NCBI GenBank assembly: GCA_951406725.2
Contig: OX597814.1
Location: forward strand, 194,680,001 to 194,744,000
Reading direction: 5' to 3'
DNA length: 64,000 nucleotides
DNA from: Octopus vulgaris
Lineage: Eukaryota
In this document: piece by piece, positions 12,611 through 24,600 of the stretch
How positions within the stretch are numbered: the stretch's first letter is position 1
Layout of the letters: each line of letters starts with the position of its first letter
Position numbers and translations under genes: made by a program
The notes under the pieces: generated by a model
What the model was told of the DNA's origin: nothing
The model's input: the letters and a program-made list of their open reading frames with translations, nothing else
Database searches by the model: none

Positions 12611-15600
12611 GTATATACTGGGCTGTGGAAATATGCAAAAGTGGATGTTAAAACAATCATGATATGTATGTTTACACATGGGAGCTCATAGGTGCAAAAT
12701 AAGGTGTGAAAAATAGTACTTGAATACCAAAGGTAGAGCAGAATAGTATTTTCTTGAAGCTGAAAAGACTTCACCTCATATCTGTACTTATTAATGCTAT
12801 ATCTTCTGTTTTCTTTTAGACACGAGGCATGGATTTAGTTGAATCTTTGTCCTTCCTTTTCCAGCTGAGCTTTTCAATATTTGGAAAGGTAATCCTTACT
12901 CCTATATCATTATGTTTACATCCATTTTCTGTGTTAACACGGTTGGATTGTTTTGGTTTTTTAATCCTTTTTTCAATTCTGAATATGTGATTTTGTTAGA
13001 GCAATTATCTTACAGCCACATCAATTCTTCGATTCATTATAGCTAATCTCTTGATCTGGAAGTTAAAGTTGCATTTAGTTGTGAGATTATGAATGAAACA
13101 GAATGAATCAAGCAATGTTCTGTGCACAATGAAGAAGTATAATAAATGTACTGACTTTAGTAAGATTTGAACTACTGACAGTGTGGTCAGTATTTGAGCA
13201 CTTATACCCTCACTACTGTGTTTCTTTGGGTATTTCAGTAACTGTTGTCAATAACAGACACTTGCTAAAACTAATAATGTGGATATTTTTTGTGTCAAAT
13301 GTTAATACTATCTTCATGTAATAATAATCCTTGAGGTTACAGCTGGTACCATTTGCTGTTCTCATAAAAAGGAATATTTTACTTAATGGCACCTGTGCTG
13401 GTGGCATGTGTAAAAAGATTCAAGCGAGGTCATTGCCAGTACCGCCTGACTGGCACCTGTGCTGGTGGCACATAAAAAACACCCACTACACTCTCGGAGT
13501 GGTTGGCGTTAGGAAGGGCATCCAGCAGTAGAAACTCTGCCAGATCAAGATTGGAGCCTGGTGCAGCCATCTGGTTCGCCAGTCCTCAGGTCAAATCGTC
13601 CAACCCATGCTAGCATGCGGATGTTAAACGATGATGATGACGATGTTATAACACAATTCCTATAACAGTATTTGAACTCACAACCATATAGCTTGCAGTT
13701 AGTGTTTACAATCATGTAGCCTGCATACCAATGTTTACAACCATGTAGCTCATTACCTGTGTTTACTACCATGTATTATGTGACCAATGTCTGCAATCCT
13801 GTATCCTATAGCAATGCCTACATGACAACCTTGCGAATTACATGACAACATCAATAATACTGGTGCGTCATCATCATCTTCATTTAACACCGGCTTTCCA
13901 TGCTGGCATGGGCGGGATGGTTTGACTGAAAACCAGTAAGCTGGGGAACTGCACCAGGTTCCAATCTGATTTGGCATGGTTTCTACAGCTGGATGCCCTT
14001 CCTAATGCCAACCACTCCAAGAGTGTAGTGGATGCTTTTTACATGCCACTGGCATGGGTTGGGGTGCCACTTACGAAATCCCAGCATTGACCACTACTAT
14101 GATCTCACTTGGCTTGACAGGTCTTCTTAAGCACGGTATATTGTCACTGCCTCCACGAGGCCCAAAGTTCAAAGAGTGCTTTTTACAAGTCTTCTGTCTT
14201 GTTGGATCTTGTAGATCCTGTAGAACTGTCCAACCTGTACCAGCATTGAAGACAGACTTTAAATAATAATGATGATGGTAAGGATATATATGATGATATA
14301 TAGGCATAGGGGTGGCTGTGTGGTAAGTAGCTTGCTTACGAACCACATGGTTTCAGGTTCAGTCCCATTGCATGGCACCTTGGGCAAGTGTCTTCTACTA
14401 TAGCCTCGGGCCGACCAAAGCCTTGTTGAGTGGATTTGGTAGACGGAAACTGAAAGAAGCCCGTCGTATATATGTATGTGTATATATATATGTATATGTG
14501 TGTGTATATGTTTGTGTGTCTGTGTTTGTCTCCCTCCCCCCAACATCGCTTGACAACTGATGTTGGTGTGTTTACATCCCCGTCACTCAGCGGTTCTGCA
14601 AAAGAGACCGATAGAATAAGTACTGGCTTACAAAGAATAAGTCCTGGGGTCGATTTGCTCGACTAAAGGTGGTGCTCCAGCATGGCTACAGTCACATGAC
14701 TGAAACAAGTAAAAGAGTAAAGAGAGTATGTGTGTGTGTGTCTGAAAATGGCTTTAAACATTTTTATTTCCTGAGATTTTGCTGAACTCAATAAATTAAA
14801 AGAGTAGATCAGTTTTGTAAACTAGACTTGTTATTTTTCTAGGACTACACAACAGAAGGAATGTCTGAAGCTCAGCTTCGCCTCTTACAACATTTACGAG
14901 AGTTTGGTTTAGTTTATCAAAGGAAGGTGAGTAATTTATGCAATATTATGTTTCAACGTTTTCTTTTATTTTTTGTATATTTGTTTTCCGTTGACTCAGA
15001 CTCAGACTAGACAGCTTTTAAGCCCAGTTGTGCGTTTTATGTTTAGTTAATCTTTATAATAAGGGCAGTGATAGTGAACTGGACAACTCACTGGGGTTAG
15101 CACTTTGTATCTCATCTGGGCAAGAGATTTAATTGCATCCAGTTTTGAGGTTCCAGCTTGGGAGTTCAAGAGGTTGTGAGTTCGAATCCCGGACCAGGCT
15201 GCGTGTTGTGTTCTTGAGCAAGACACTTTATTTTACGTTGCTCCAGTTAACTCAGCTGTAGAAATGAGTTGCGACGTCACAGGTACCAAGCTGTATCGGC
15301 CCCTTTGCCTTTCCCTTGGATAACATCAGTGGTGTGGAGAAGGGAGGCTGGTATGCATGGGCGACTGCTGGCCTTCCATAAACAATCTTGCCCGGACTTG
15401 TGCCTGGGAGGGTAACATTGTAGGTGCATTGTAGAGGGTCTCAGCTCAGTATTGTAAAAAAAAAAAAACCCCAGGTAAAATGATCCTAAGGAAAAAATGA
15501 CATGGTTATTGACCTTCGGTCATTGATCTGTTTGATCAAGGCTGACCTGAGGCTAAACAGCAATGACCCCAACTTATAGTTATTGTTTTTTATAAGTTGG

Positions 15601-18600
15601 AGCATTACAAATTTCACTTTCAAATCACACTGTGTAGCTCTATTTCTCTATCTTACAATGTGTTCCTAGAAGAATTACTAGTACTTTATTTCATCTTTTT
15701 GTAAGTGCCACCTGACTGGCTCCCATGCCAGTGACACGCAAAAAGCGCCATTCAAGCATGGCCGATGCCAGTACCGCCTGACTGGCCCTCGTACTGGTGG
15801 CATGTAAAAAACACCTACTACACTCTTGGAGTGGTTGGCATTAGGAAGGACATCCAGCTGTAGAAACATTGCCAGGTCGGATTGGAGCCTGGTGCAGCCT
15901 TCTGGCTCACAAGCCCTCAGTCAAACCATCCAACCCATGACAGCATGGAAAGCGGACGTTAAACGAGGAGGAGGAGCTAAATTGATTTTGTAGAATTTGA
16001 ATGATGGAATCATCATGCACAGAACTGTAAGATATCTCTTTTAAATAAACCTTCTTAGATATTCTTATATTCTTGCTCAGAATTCAGCCACTTCATTGTG
16101 ATTCTGCTGAACCATTAAATACTGATGTATCATCATCATCGTTTAATGTCCGCTTTCCATGCTAGCATGGGTTGGATGATTTTGACTGAGGGCTGGCGAA
16201 CCAGATGGCTGCACCAGGCTCCAATCTTGATCTGGCAGAGTTTCTACAGCTGGATGCCCTTCCTAACACCAACCACTCCAAGAGTGTAATGGGTGCTTTT
16301 TACATTCCACTGGCACAGGGACTAGTCAGGCGACACTGGCAACGACCTCGCTCGAATCTTTTTACACGTGTCACCGGCACAGGTGCCAGTGAAGCGACGT
16401 TGGTAACGATCACGCTCGAATGGTGCCTTTTACGTGCCACGGGTATGGAAGCCAGTTGGCTGCTCTGGCAACGATCACGCTCGGATGGTGCTCTTGGCAC
16501 CCTACTAGCACAGGCATAAGTGCCAGTAACGCGATGCTGATATTTTTTTTTTTATCTTTTTACTCTCTACAAACATTGGACATATTTTTAGCCTATTTTT
16601 CTAATTGTGGTTTTCTGTTCTATTTTTGTTTCAGAGAAAATCTCAGAGATATTATCCAACAAAACTTGCTATTAATCTTGCTGCAGGATTATCTCAGGTT
16701 TCTGATAATGCAATCAGACAAGGTTTTATTGTAGTAGAAACAAATTATCGGGTCTATGCTTACACAGGTGAGTTACTTTGACTAATCATTCAGATGAGAA
16801 AGTAATGAATGTGGTGGACATACAATAGATGGAAACGTAATGGGAGCACATAAGGGTTGAGACCCAATTGTTGGCATGCAATCACCCGGTTCCAGAAGGC
16901 TGCACAAGGCCCAGTCTGATCTGGCAATGTTTCTACGGCTGGATGCCTTTCCTAATGCCAACCACTCTGTGAGTGTAGTGGGTGCTTTTTACGTGCCACC
17001 GGCACAGGTGCCAGATGGGGCTGGCAAATGGCCATGGTCGGATGGTGCTTTTTGCATCCCACCGGCACAGGTGCCAGATGGGGCTGGTAAACGGCTATGG
17101 TCGGATGGTGCTTTTTACGTGCCACCGGCACAGGTGCCAGTTGGGGCTGGCAAACGGCCATGGTCGGATGGTGCTTTTTACGTGCCACCGGCACAGGTGC
17201 CAGATGGGGCTGGCAAACGGCCATGGTCGGATGGTGCTTTTTACGTGCCACCGGCACGGATGCCTGTCGGGGCGGTGCTGGCAACAGCCACGTTCCGATG
17301 GTTCGCTTACATGTCACTGGCACTGGTATCACAGCTACAATTTCCATTGATGTTGATCGATTTTGATAACGTAATGGGAGCACATAAGGGGAGACCCAAT
17401 TGTTGGCATGCAATCACTCGTTTATGGTTAAATTAATCAATTTATAAATATATAAATCATCAGGCGACACGCTGTGCTTGAGGAGACCTATTGAGTCAAG
17501 TAAAATCAAAATTAAAATCACAATCAGAATCTCAATCAAATTGAAATCAAAATGGAAATTGTAGTTGTGGCCGATGCCAGTGCCGCCTGACTGGCTCCTG
17601 TGCTGGTGGCATGCAATAAGCACCATTCATGTGTGGGTTGTTGCTAATGCTGCCTGACTGGCTCCCCATGCTGGTGGCACGTAAATAGCACCATCTGAAG
17701 ATACTGGTTTGCCCTTGATATATGTTTATAAATTGATTAATTCAGCCTTAACCGGTTGATTGCATGCTAACTACCTGATAAAATCTAATAAAAATTTTAT
17801 CCTTATTTTAATATATATATATCATCGTTGTCGTGTCGCTTAACATCTGCTTTCCATGCTGGAAAGTTCATGGGTTGGACAGTTTGACTGGGGACTGGCA
17901 AGCCAGAGTCTGCACCAGGCTCCAATCTGATCTGGTAAAGTTTCTACAGCTGGATGCCCTTCCTAACGCCAACAACTCTGAGAGTGTATCATCATCATCA
18001 TCGTTTAACGATTTGACTGACGACTGGCGAACATGATGGCTGCACCAGGCTCCAACCTGATCTGGCAGAGTTTCTACAGCTGAGTGCCCTTCCTAATACC
18101 AACCACTCCGAGATTGTAGTGGGTGTTGGGTGCTTTTTACATGCCGCCGGCATGAGGGGCAGTACTGTCATCGACCAGTCTTGAATGGTACTTTCTACGT
18201 GCTACCAGCATGGTAGCCAGTCAGGCAGCACTGGCAACGACCATGCTATGATATTTACTACGTAAACTACAATGAAAAAATTATGAGAAAGCTGTGGTAT
18301 ATAATTGTTTTTAGTGTAAGGGTTCCTTGAGACATTTAATTTATTTTAAGGGTTACACAAGGGTAGAAAGGTTGAGAAACACTGCTCTATTCTAACATTT
18401 CTACAGTCTCTCCAGTATGTTATATGAAATCCTCTTCTTTTCCAGACTCACAACTCCAGATTGCTTTATTAGCTTTATTCACAGAAATGATTTACCGGTA
18501 AGATATATACTGAACCCTTGTTCTCTGTTTCATATTTAATGCTTTTGTTACCATATTTCTGTTGAAATACCTGGCCTTTGTTTCAATTAAATTTTGAAAA

Positions 18601-21600
18601 TAATTAAGAATTCAGTAAAATAATTTTGTCATTAGTAAACTGGTATTTGGAATATAAATTAACATGAAATTTTAATTTAAATCACTTGTATCATAGAACC
18701 AGTGGTGGTCTCAGGAAGGTTGGTGTTAAAAGGGTTAAGCCAGGGAACTCTCAGCTCTTTATTTTGGTCTTATTATATTTCTTGTTAAGCTTGTTGATGT
18801 TTAGCCTCATGTCAGCCCTGACCCTGTAGGCTATAATCAAAGGTATTCTACCCAGGACCATGTGGAGGTGCAATGGCCCAGTGGTTAGTGCAGTGGACTC
18901 GCGGTTTCGATCCTCAGACCGAGCGTTGTGAGTGTTTATTGAGCAAAAACACCCAAAGCTCCATGAGACTATGGCAGGGGGTTGTGGCGAACCCTGGTGT
19001 ACTCTTTCACTACAGTTTTCTCTCACTCTTTCTCCCTGTTTCTGTTGTACCTGTATTTCAAAGGGCCAGCCTTGTCACACACTGTGTCATACTGAATCTC
19101 CCCTAGAATTACGTTAAGGGTACATGTGTCTGTGGAGTGTTCAGCCACTTACACATTAATTTTACGAGCTGTTCAGTTGGTTGGATCAACTGGAACCCTT
19201 GTCGTTGTAGCCGATAGAGTGCCACAACCTAGGGGCATATTCTTCAATATTTCTTTCTATTATATGCACATGGCCTGAAATTCCGGTGGAGGGGCCTAGT
19301 TGATAATACTGAACCCAGTACTCAACTGCTATTTTTTTTATCAACCCAGAAAGGATGAAAAGGGGTGTAAAATATTAAAGATGATGATGGTGATAACAAT
19401 GACCATGATGTATAAATTTGTATAATTTTATTCTCTCTCTTTTTTGTACAGGTTTCCAAATATGGTTGTGGGTCAAATTACCAGAGACAGCGTTCGATCA
19501 GCATTAAGCTGTGGTATAAGTGCTGATCAGGTCAGATAAACTATTTCTTAGCCTTTCTTTTTGATAGAGTTGTTGTTGGGATTATCATGGAATGATGCTT
19601 GATTCTTGACTGTTTCACCTGAGACTGTGACCGTTGACCTTCTTTCAATTCAAATTCATTAAAGGCACAAAACTGGGTATTAGTATTTTTGGTCTATAAT
19701 TGAGGAAGAATTAGGGTCCTTGTGTTTGTCATGAGCTTTGTGATTGAATTCGGTAGGTGGAAGTTACTGCCGTGTGTGTATATGTGCGTGTAGGTGCTTG
19801 TGCCTCTCCCAAAGAGAGAGAGGGAATGCCTTTTTCATTTAAGGAATAACCAAACACCACACGTCCCAACTTTTGTTAACAGTAAGTTTGTATAACTTGG
19901 ATTACAGGTAGATTAGTATGAAAACGGTTAAATAAGAACTGAATTCAGATTTGTTTGGTAAAGTGAGGGTATGCAAAATGATATTCAGATATTTTGCTAG
20001 GAGATTAGCAACTTAAGCTGCTATAAGAGATTGATGTCACAGGCTTCACCTTTCAAAAGTTTGCTTTTTAAGGTGCTTACCTTTTTAAAAAAAATCATAT
20101 TTTATTATTTGCTCTGACTTATTATATTTATGTCTAAGGTGATAAAGGTGACAGAGTTAGCATATCGGGCAAAATGCTGAGTAGCATTTCATCTGTCTAT
20201 GTTCAGAGTTCAAATTTTGCCTTTCATTCTTTCGGTGGGGGCTGTGTGTCAATAAAATAATTACCAGTTGAGCACTGGGGTTGATGTAATCAACTTACCA
20301 CCTCCCCTAAAAAATGCTGGCCTTGTGCCAAAATTTGAAACCATTATTATGTCTATGTCTCATCTGTTTTACTCCACAGATAATCCACTTCTTAAAGAGC
20401 CATGCACATGAGAAAATGCTAGAAAAGGTAAACAATTAATTAATCACTCTAATTTGATTGATGTATCATTAATTGCATATATTATTTTATTGTGTTGTGT
20501 AAATCTTTATATAAACAACTGTTGCAGCAACCTTCCTATATATTCAGTTGTTATTTTCTCAATATATTGGGTTGTCCGGAAAGTTTGTGCCGATTTATAG
20601 TAGCTTACCTTTTGACTTATTATAGAACATGGCGAGTCCATAAAACAGGATTTGGCTACACCTCCATTTAGAGCACAGTTTAAGCTATCTTTTCGTGAAA
20701 GAAGGTTTATGTTCCTATAACCTGTATTAATTCTATAACCCTTTAAAATGGAAGATAAGAAAGTTCATTTTCGGCACTTGATGCTTTGGGAACCGGACAA
20801 AAATTGCTGCAGCTCGGCTGGGATGTGTTACCCCACCCTCCATATTCACCAGATATTGCTCCTTCGGATTTCCACTTATTCAGGTCTCTGCAGAATAGTC
20901 TGAATGGTAAAAAATTCAATTCCTTGGATGATGTAAAAAGATACGTTGATGAATTCTTTACCATGAAACCACCTCAATTCTGGAAAGAGGGTATTTTCAA
21001 GTTAAAGGGAAGATGGAGATGCATTGTGCAACAAAATGGTTCATATTTGGTTGATTAAAAATGTAATGGCAAGTACTTATTGACCTTTTTCTTTCCTTTA
21101 AAAATTGGCACAAACTTTCCGGACAACTCAATATATAAATACTTTCTTGCCTGCATTTTTTTATCATTTGTTTAATCATGATGATGATGATGATCATCAT
21201 CATCATCTAACTTGTAATAGTACTCACCCTCTCCAATCCTCTATATATTCGTCTTTTAGTAACTTGAGGGTATGTCCTGACATCTCTCCAATGCCATCTT
21301 TTCTTTTTCTAACTGAAGTACTCAGGTGTCTCCTCTGCAAGAAGATACCTGTTCCTATCTTTCTATCACAACTTTAACCTCTCATCACCTGGTATAAAGC
21401 CACTTCCCTCAATACTACACCCACATTCAGTTGAAGAGTCTTGTTTTAGTGACTTATCTGTTGCTGGCATCATGTAAAAAAAACCCAGTACATACTGTAA
21501 AAAAGAACCCAGTACACACTGTAAAGTGGTTGGCATTAGGAAGGGCATCCAACCATAGAAACCATGTCAAAGCAGACATTTGAGCTTGGTGCAGTATTCT

Positions 21601-24600
21601 GGTTTACCAGCACATAAAACAGACATTAGGTGATGATGCTTTTATGATCTATATTTTTCATTAAATTTTATTAAAAGCCTAGGCCTTAGTCTATTGTTCC
21701 CTTTCTCTTATGCTTTCTGCCTACATTCACACTGTGTCATGTTGGATAATCCTAGATCCTTCCATTTTCTCAACCCTATCACTAATCCCTTCCCTTTCTA
21801 TTGTTCTCTGCCATCTTCCCCTCTTACCATCCTTGAGTCCTTTGTCTAGAATTATCGCCTACTTTCTCTTCCATTTTCCCTTAGTTATAAGGAACCAATT
21901 TAGGCTCTTAGCCTTGCAAGTTTCAAGGTAATCATCACAAAAACAGCATGTAGTACATTCTGTAAAGTAATTGGTGTTATGAAGGGCATCTTGCTGTGGA
22001 AACCGTGCTACGGTAAACGTTGGTGCATGACACAGTCCTCCAGTTCATCAGATCCAGTCAGACCATCCAACCTATGCCAGCACCAAAGATGGATGTTAAA
22101 TGAGGATGATGGTAGTAGTGGCAGTGGCAATGGCGATAACTCCTTATCTTGTGAAACCCCCAAATTTTTTCACAGAACCTGTTTTGTCTAGTGAAGGTGC
22201 ACGGCCTAGTTGTTAGAATTTTGGACTCATGATCTGGCTATCCTAGGTTCAATTCCTGAACTGAGTGACACATTGTGTTCTTGAGCAAAATATTTCATTT
22301 CATGTTGCTCCAGTCCACTTAGCTGTAAATGGGTAACCCTGCAACAGACTAGTCGTCAGATTGTGGGGTGGGGGGGGGATGGCTTGCCTAGCCAGTGGAG
22401 TGGCATCATTCAAAAGCTGAAATGATGCAAAGTGCATTGTGACCAGTGATGTATAACATCTGATAGTCTGGTTGATCACATGATCATATGATGTATGACT
22501 GAAGGATCTCTTCTTCCATATCTTCTTTCTCTAGATTATCATCTTTAGCTCTTTCCCTGATGTCACTGATCACCTATTTCTTCACTACCCACAAGGAGAC
22601 AAACAAGGACAGACAAACGGATTAAGTCGATTACATCGACCCCAGTGCGTAACTGGTACTTAATTTATTGACCCCGAAAGGATGAAAGGCAAAGTTGACC
22701 TCGGTGGAATTTGAACTCAGAACGTAGCGGCAGACGAAATACTGCTGAGCATTTCGCCCAGCGTGCTAACGTTTCTGCCAGCTCACCGCCTTTTGTTACT
22801 GATCACCTTTGAGTGGTACATTCTTCAGGAAATTTTATAATTTTCAATCACTTATAATATTTCATTTTTGTTGTTGTCAAAGAACTTAGTCACTTACATT
22901 TTGAATTTTTTGTTGTTTTAGATGCCAGTTATTCCACCAACAGTTACTGACCAGATCCACTTGTGGGAGTTGGAAAGAGACCGGTTTAAATTTACAGACG
23001 GAGTACTCTATAATCAGTTTCTCTCCCAGAGTGACTTTGAACTTCTCCGCGATTATGCTCGGGTATGTTGATATTTTATCTTTCTAACCTATAATCACCA
23101 TTTAACCCTTTAACGTTCAGATTAAAGGCTTGCCAGTCCTCAGTCAAACTGTCCAACCCATGCCAGCATGAAAAGTGGATATTAAATGACGATGATGATT
23201 ACACTGTCAAATGTAATGCTTATTTATTCAAATTGGTTTGAATTGATCAATTGTTTGGGAGTGCCACTCCCAAACAGTTGAAGGAATCTGGGGTAGAGGT
23301 AGACCCAGGAAGACATGGTATGAGGTGGTCAAGCATGACCTTCTAACGTTTGGCCTCACAGAGGCAATGACGAAAGACCGAGATCTCTGGAGATATGCTG
23401 TGACTGTGAAGACCTGACAAATAATGTGAGTTCATGGCTGTTTCCTGCACCAGTTTCACATAGCAACCACAACCCATCCAAAGTACCTTGGATCACAGGA
23501 CGGTCTGCTGTGCTTACCTTGGATCGTAGGGTGACCTGCTGTGCTTGAGGAGACCTGTTGAGTCAAGTACATCAACATCAAAATAAAATTCAAATGGAAA
23601 TTGTAGTTGTAATACTTGTGCTGGTGACACGTAAAAAGCACCCACTACACTCATGAAGTGGTTGGCATTAGGAATGGCATCCAGCTGTAGAAACACTGCC
23701 AGATCAGACAGGAGCAGCCTCCTGGCTTCCCAGACCCCGGTCGAACCGTCCAACACATGCTAGCATGGAAAACGGATGTTAAACAATGATGATGATGATG
23801 ATGCACTATCTCTTAGCTTCAAGATTTCCATAACATAATTATGTATTTTTAGAGTGACATTGTAGGGTAGGTGGGAAAGGCTGGATCTGATTAGTTTGAA
23901 CATAATAATACTGGTAGAATATTTTGGTCAGATATGGCCAGTTTAACTGCTAATGGGTTTGATATCCATTTTTCCAAGCTTACATGAGTTGGATGGTTGA
24001 CAGGAGCTGAAGAGCCAAAGGATTGTGCGCCAGGCTCTAATGTCTGCTTTGGTATGGAGGAGGAATTCCAATTTTAAAATATCCAGCTAAAACAGTCAGA
24101 AATACCGCAAAATATCATCGTCATTGTCTTAACGTCCACTTTTCCATGCTGGCATGGATCAGATAGAATTTATTTAGGTGGACCTTTCCTGTTACCATCT
24201 TTTTCTGTTGTGTTTGGGGAGAGTCATTTTCTTTTTGTGCCTTATTATGTAACACACTCACTGGTAAAATTTCCACTTTTTTCTTATTTTTATTGTCCTA
24301 AAATTTTCATTGCTTCTTGCAACCTTTTCAATAGTTTTGATTCTCCCCAGACACAACAGAATATGCTTCAACACATGAACTCATATAAAGAATCTTGCAA
24401 TCCAAAAACGAAATATGACCAGACATGTTTTTGTGGAAAATTAGAAAGAAAGGACACTGCTTGTATGATAGTGACACTCATCTTCTTCATTTAATGTCTG
24501 TTTTCCATGCTGGCATGGGTTGGACAGTTTGACTGAAAACTGGTAAGCCAGGGAGCTGCACCAGGTTCCAATCTGATTTGGCATGGTTTCTACAATCGGA

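Noticed and set aside
16876-17436. 186-aa ORF with 21-aa repeats (also 16952-17413 and 45222-45842)
   Set aside because: Translation of the 63-bp minisatellite within a LINE 3'-UTR repeat inside an intron; several frames are open because the unit is a multiple of 3
20786-21058. Functional transposase or SETMAR-like host gene
   Set aside because: Only the C-terminal third of the catalytic domain, out of frame with the start codon, between TIRs
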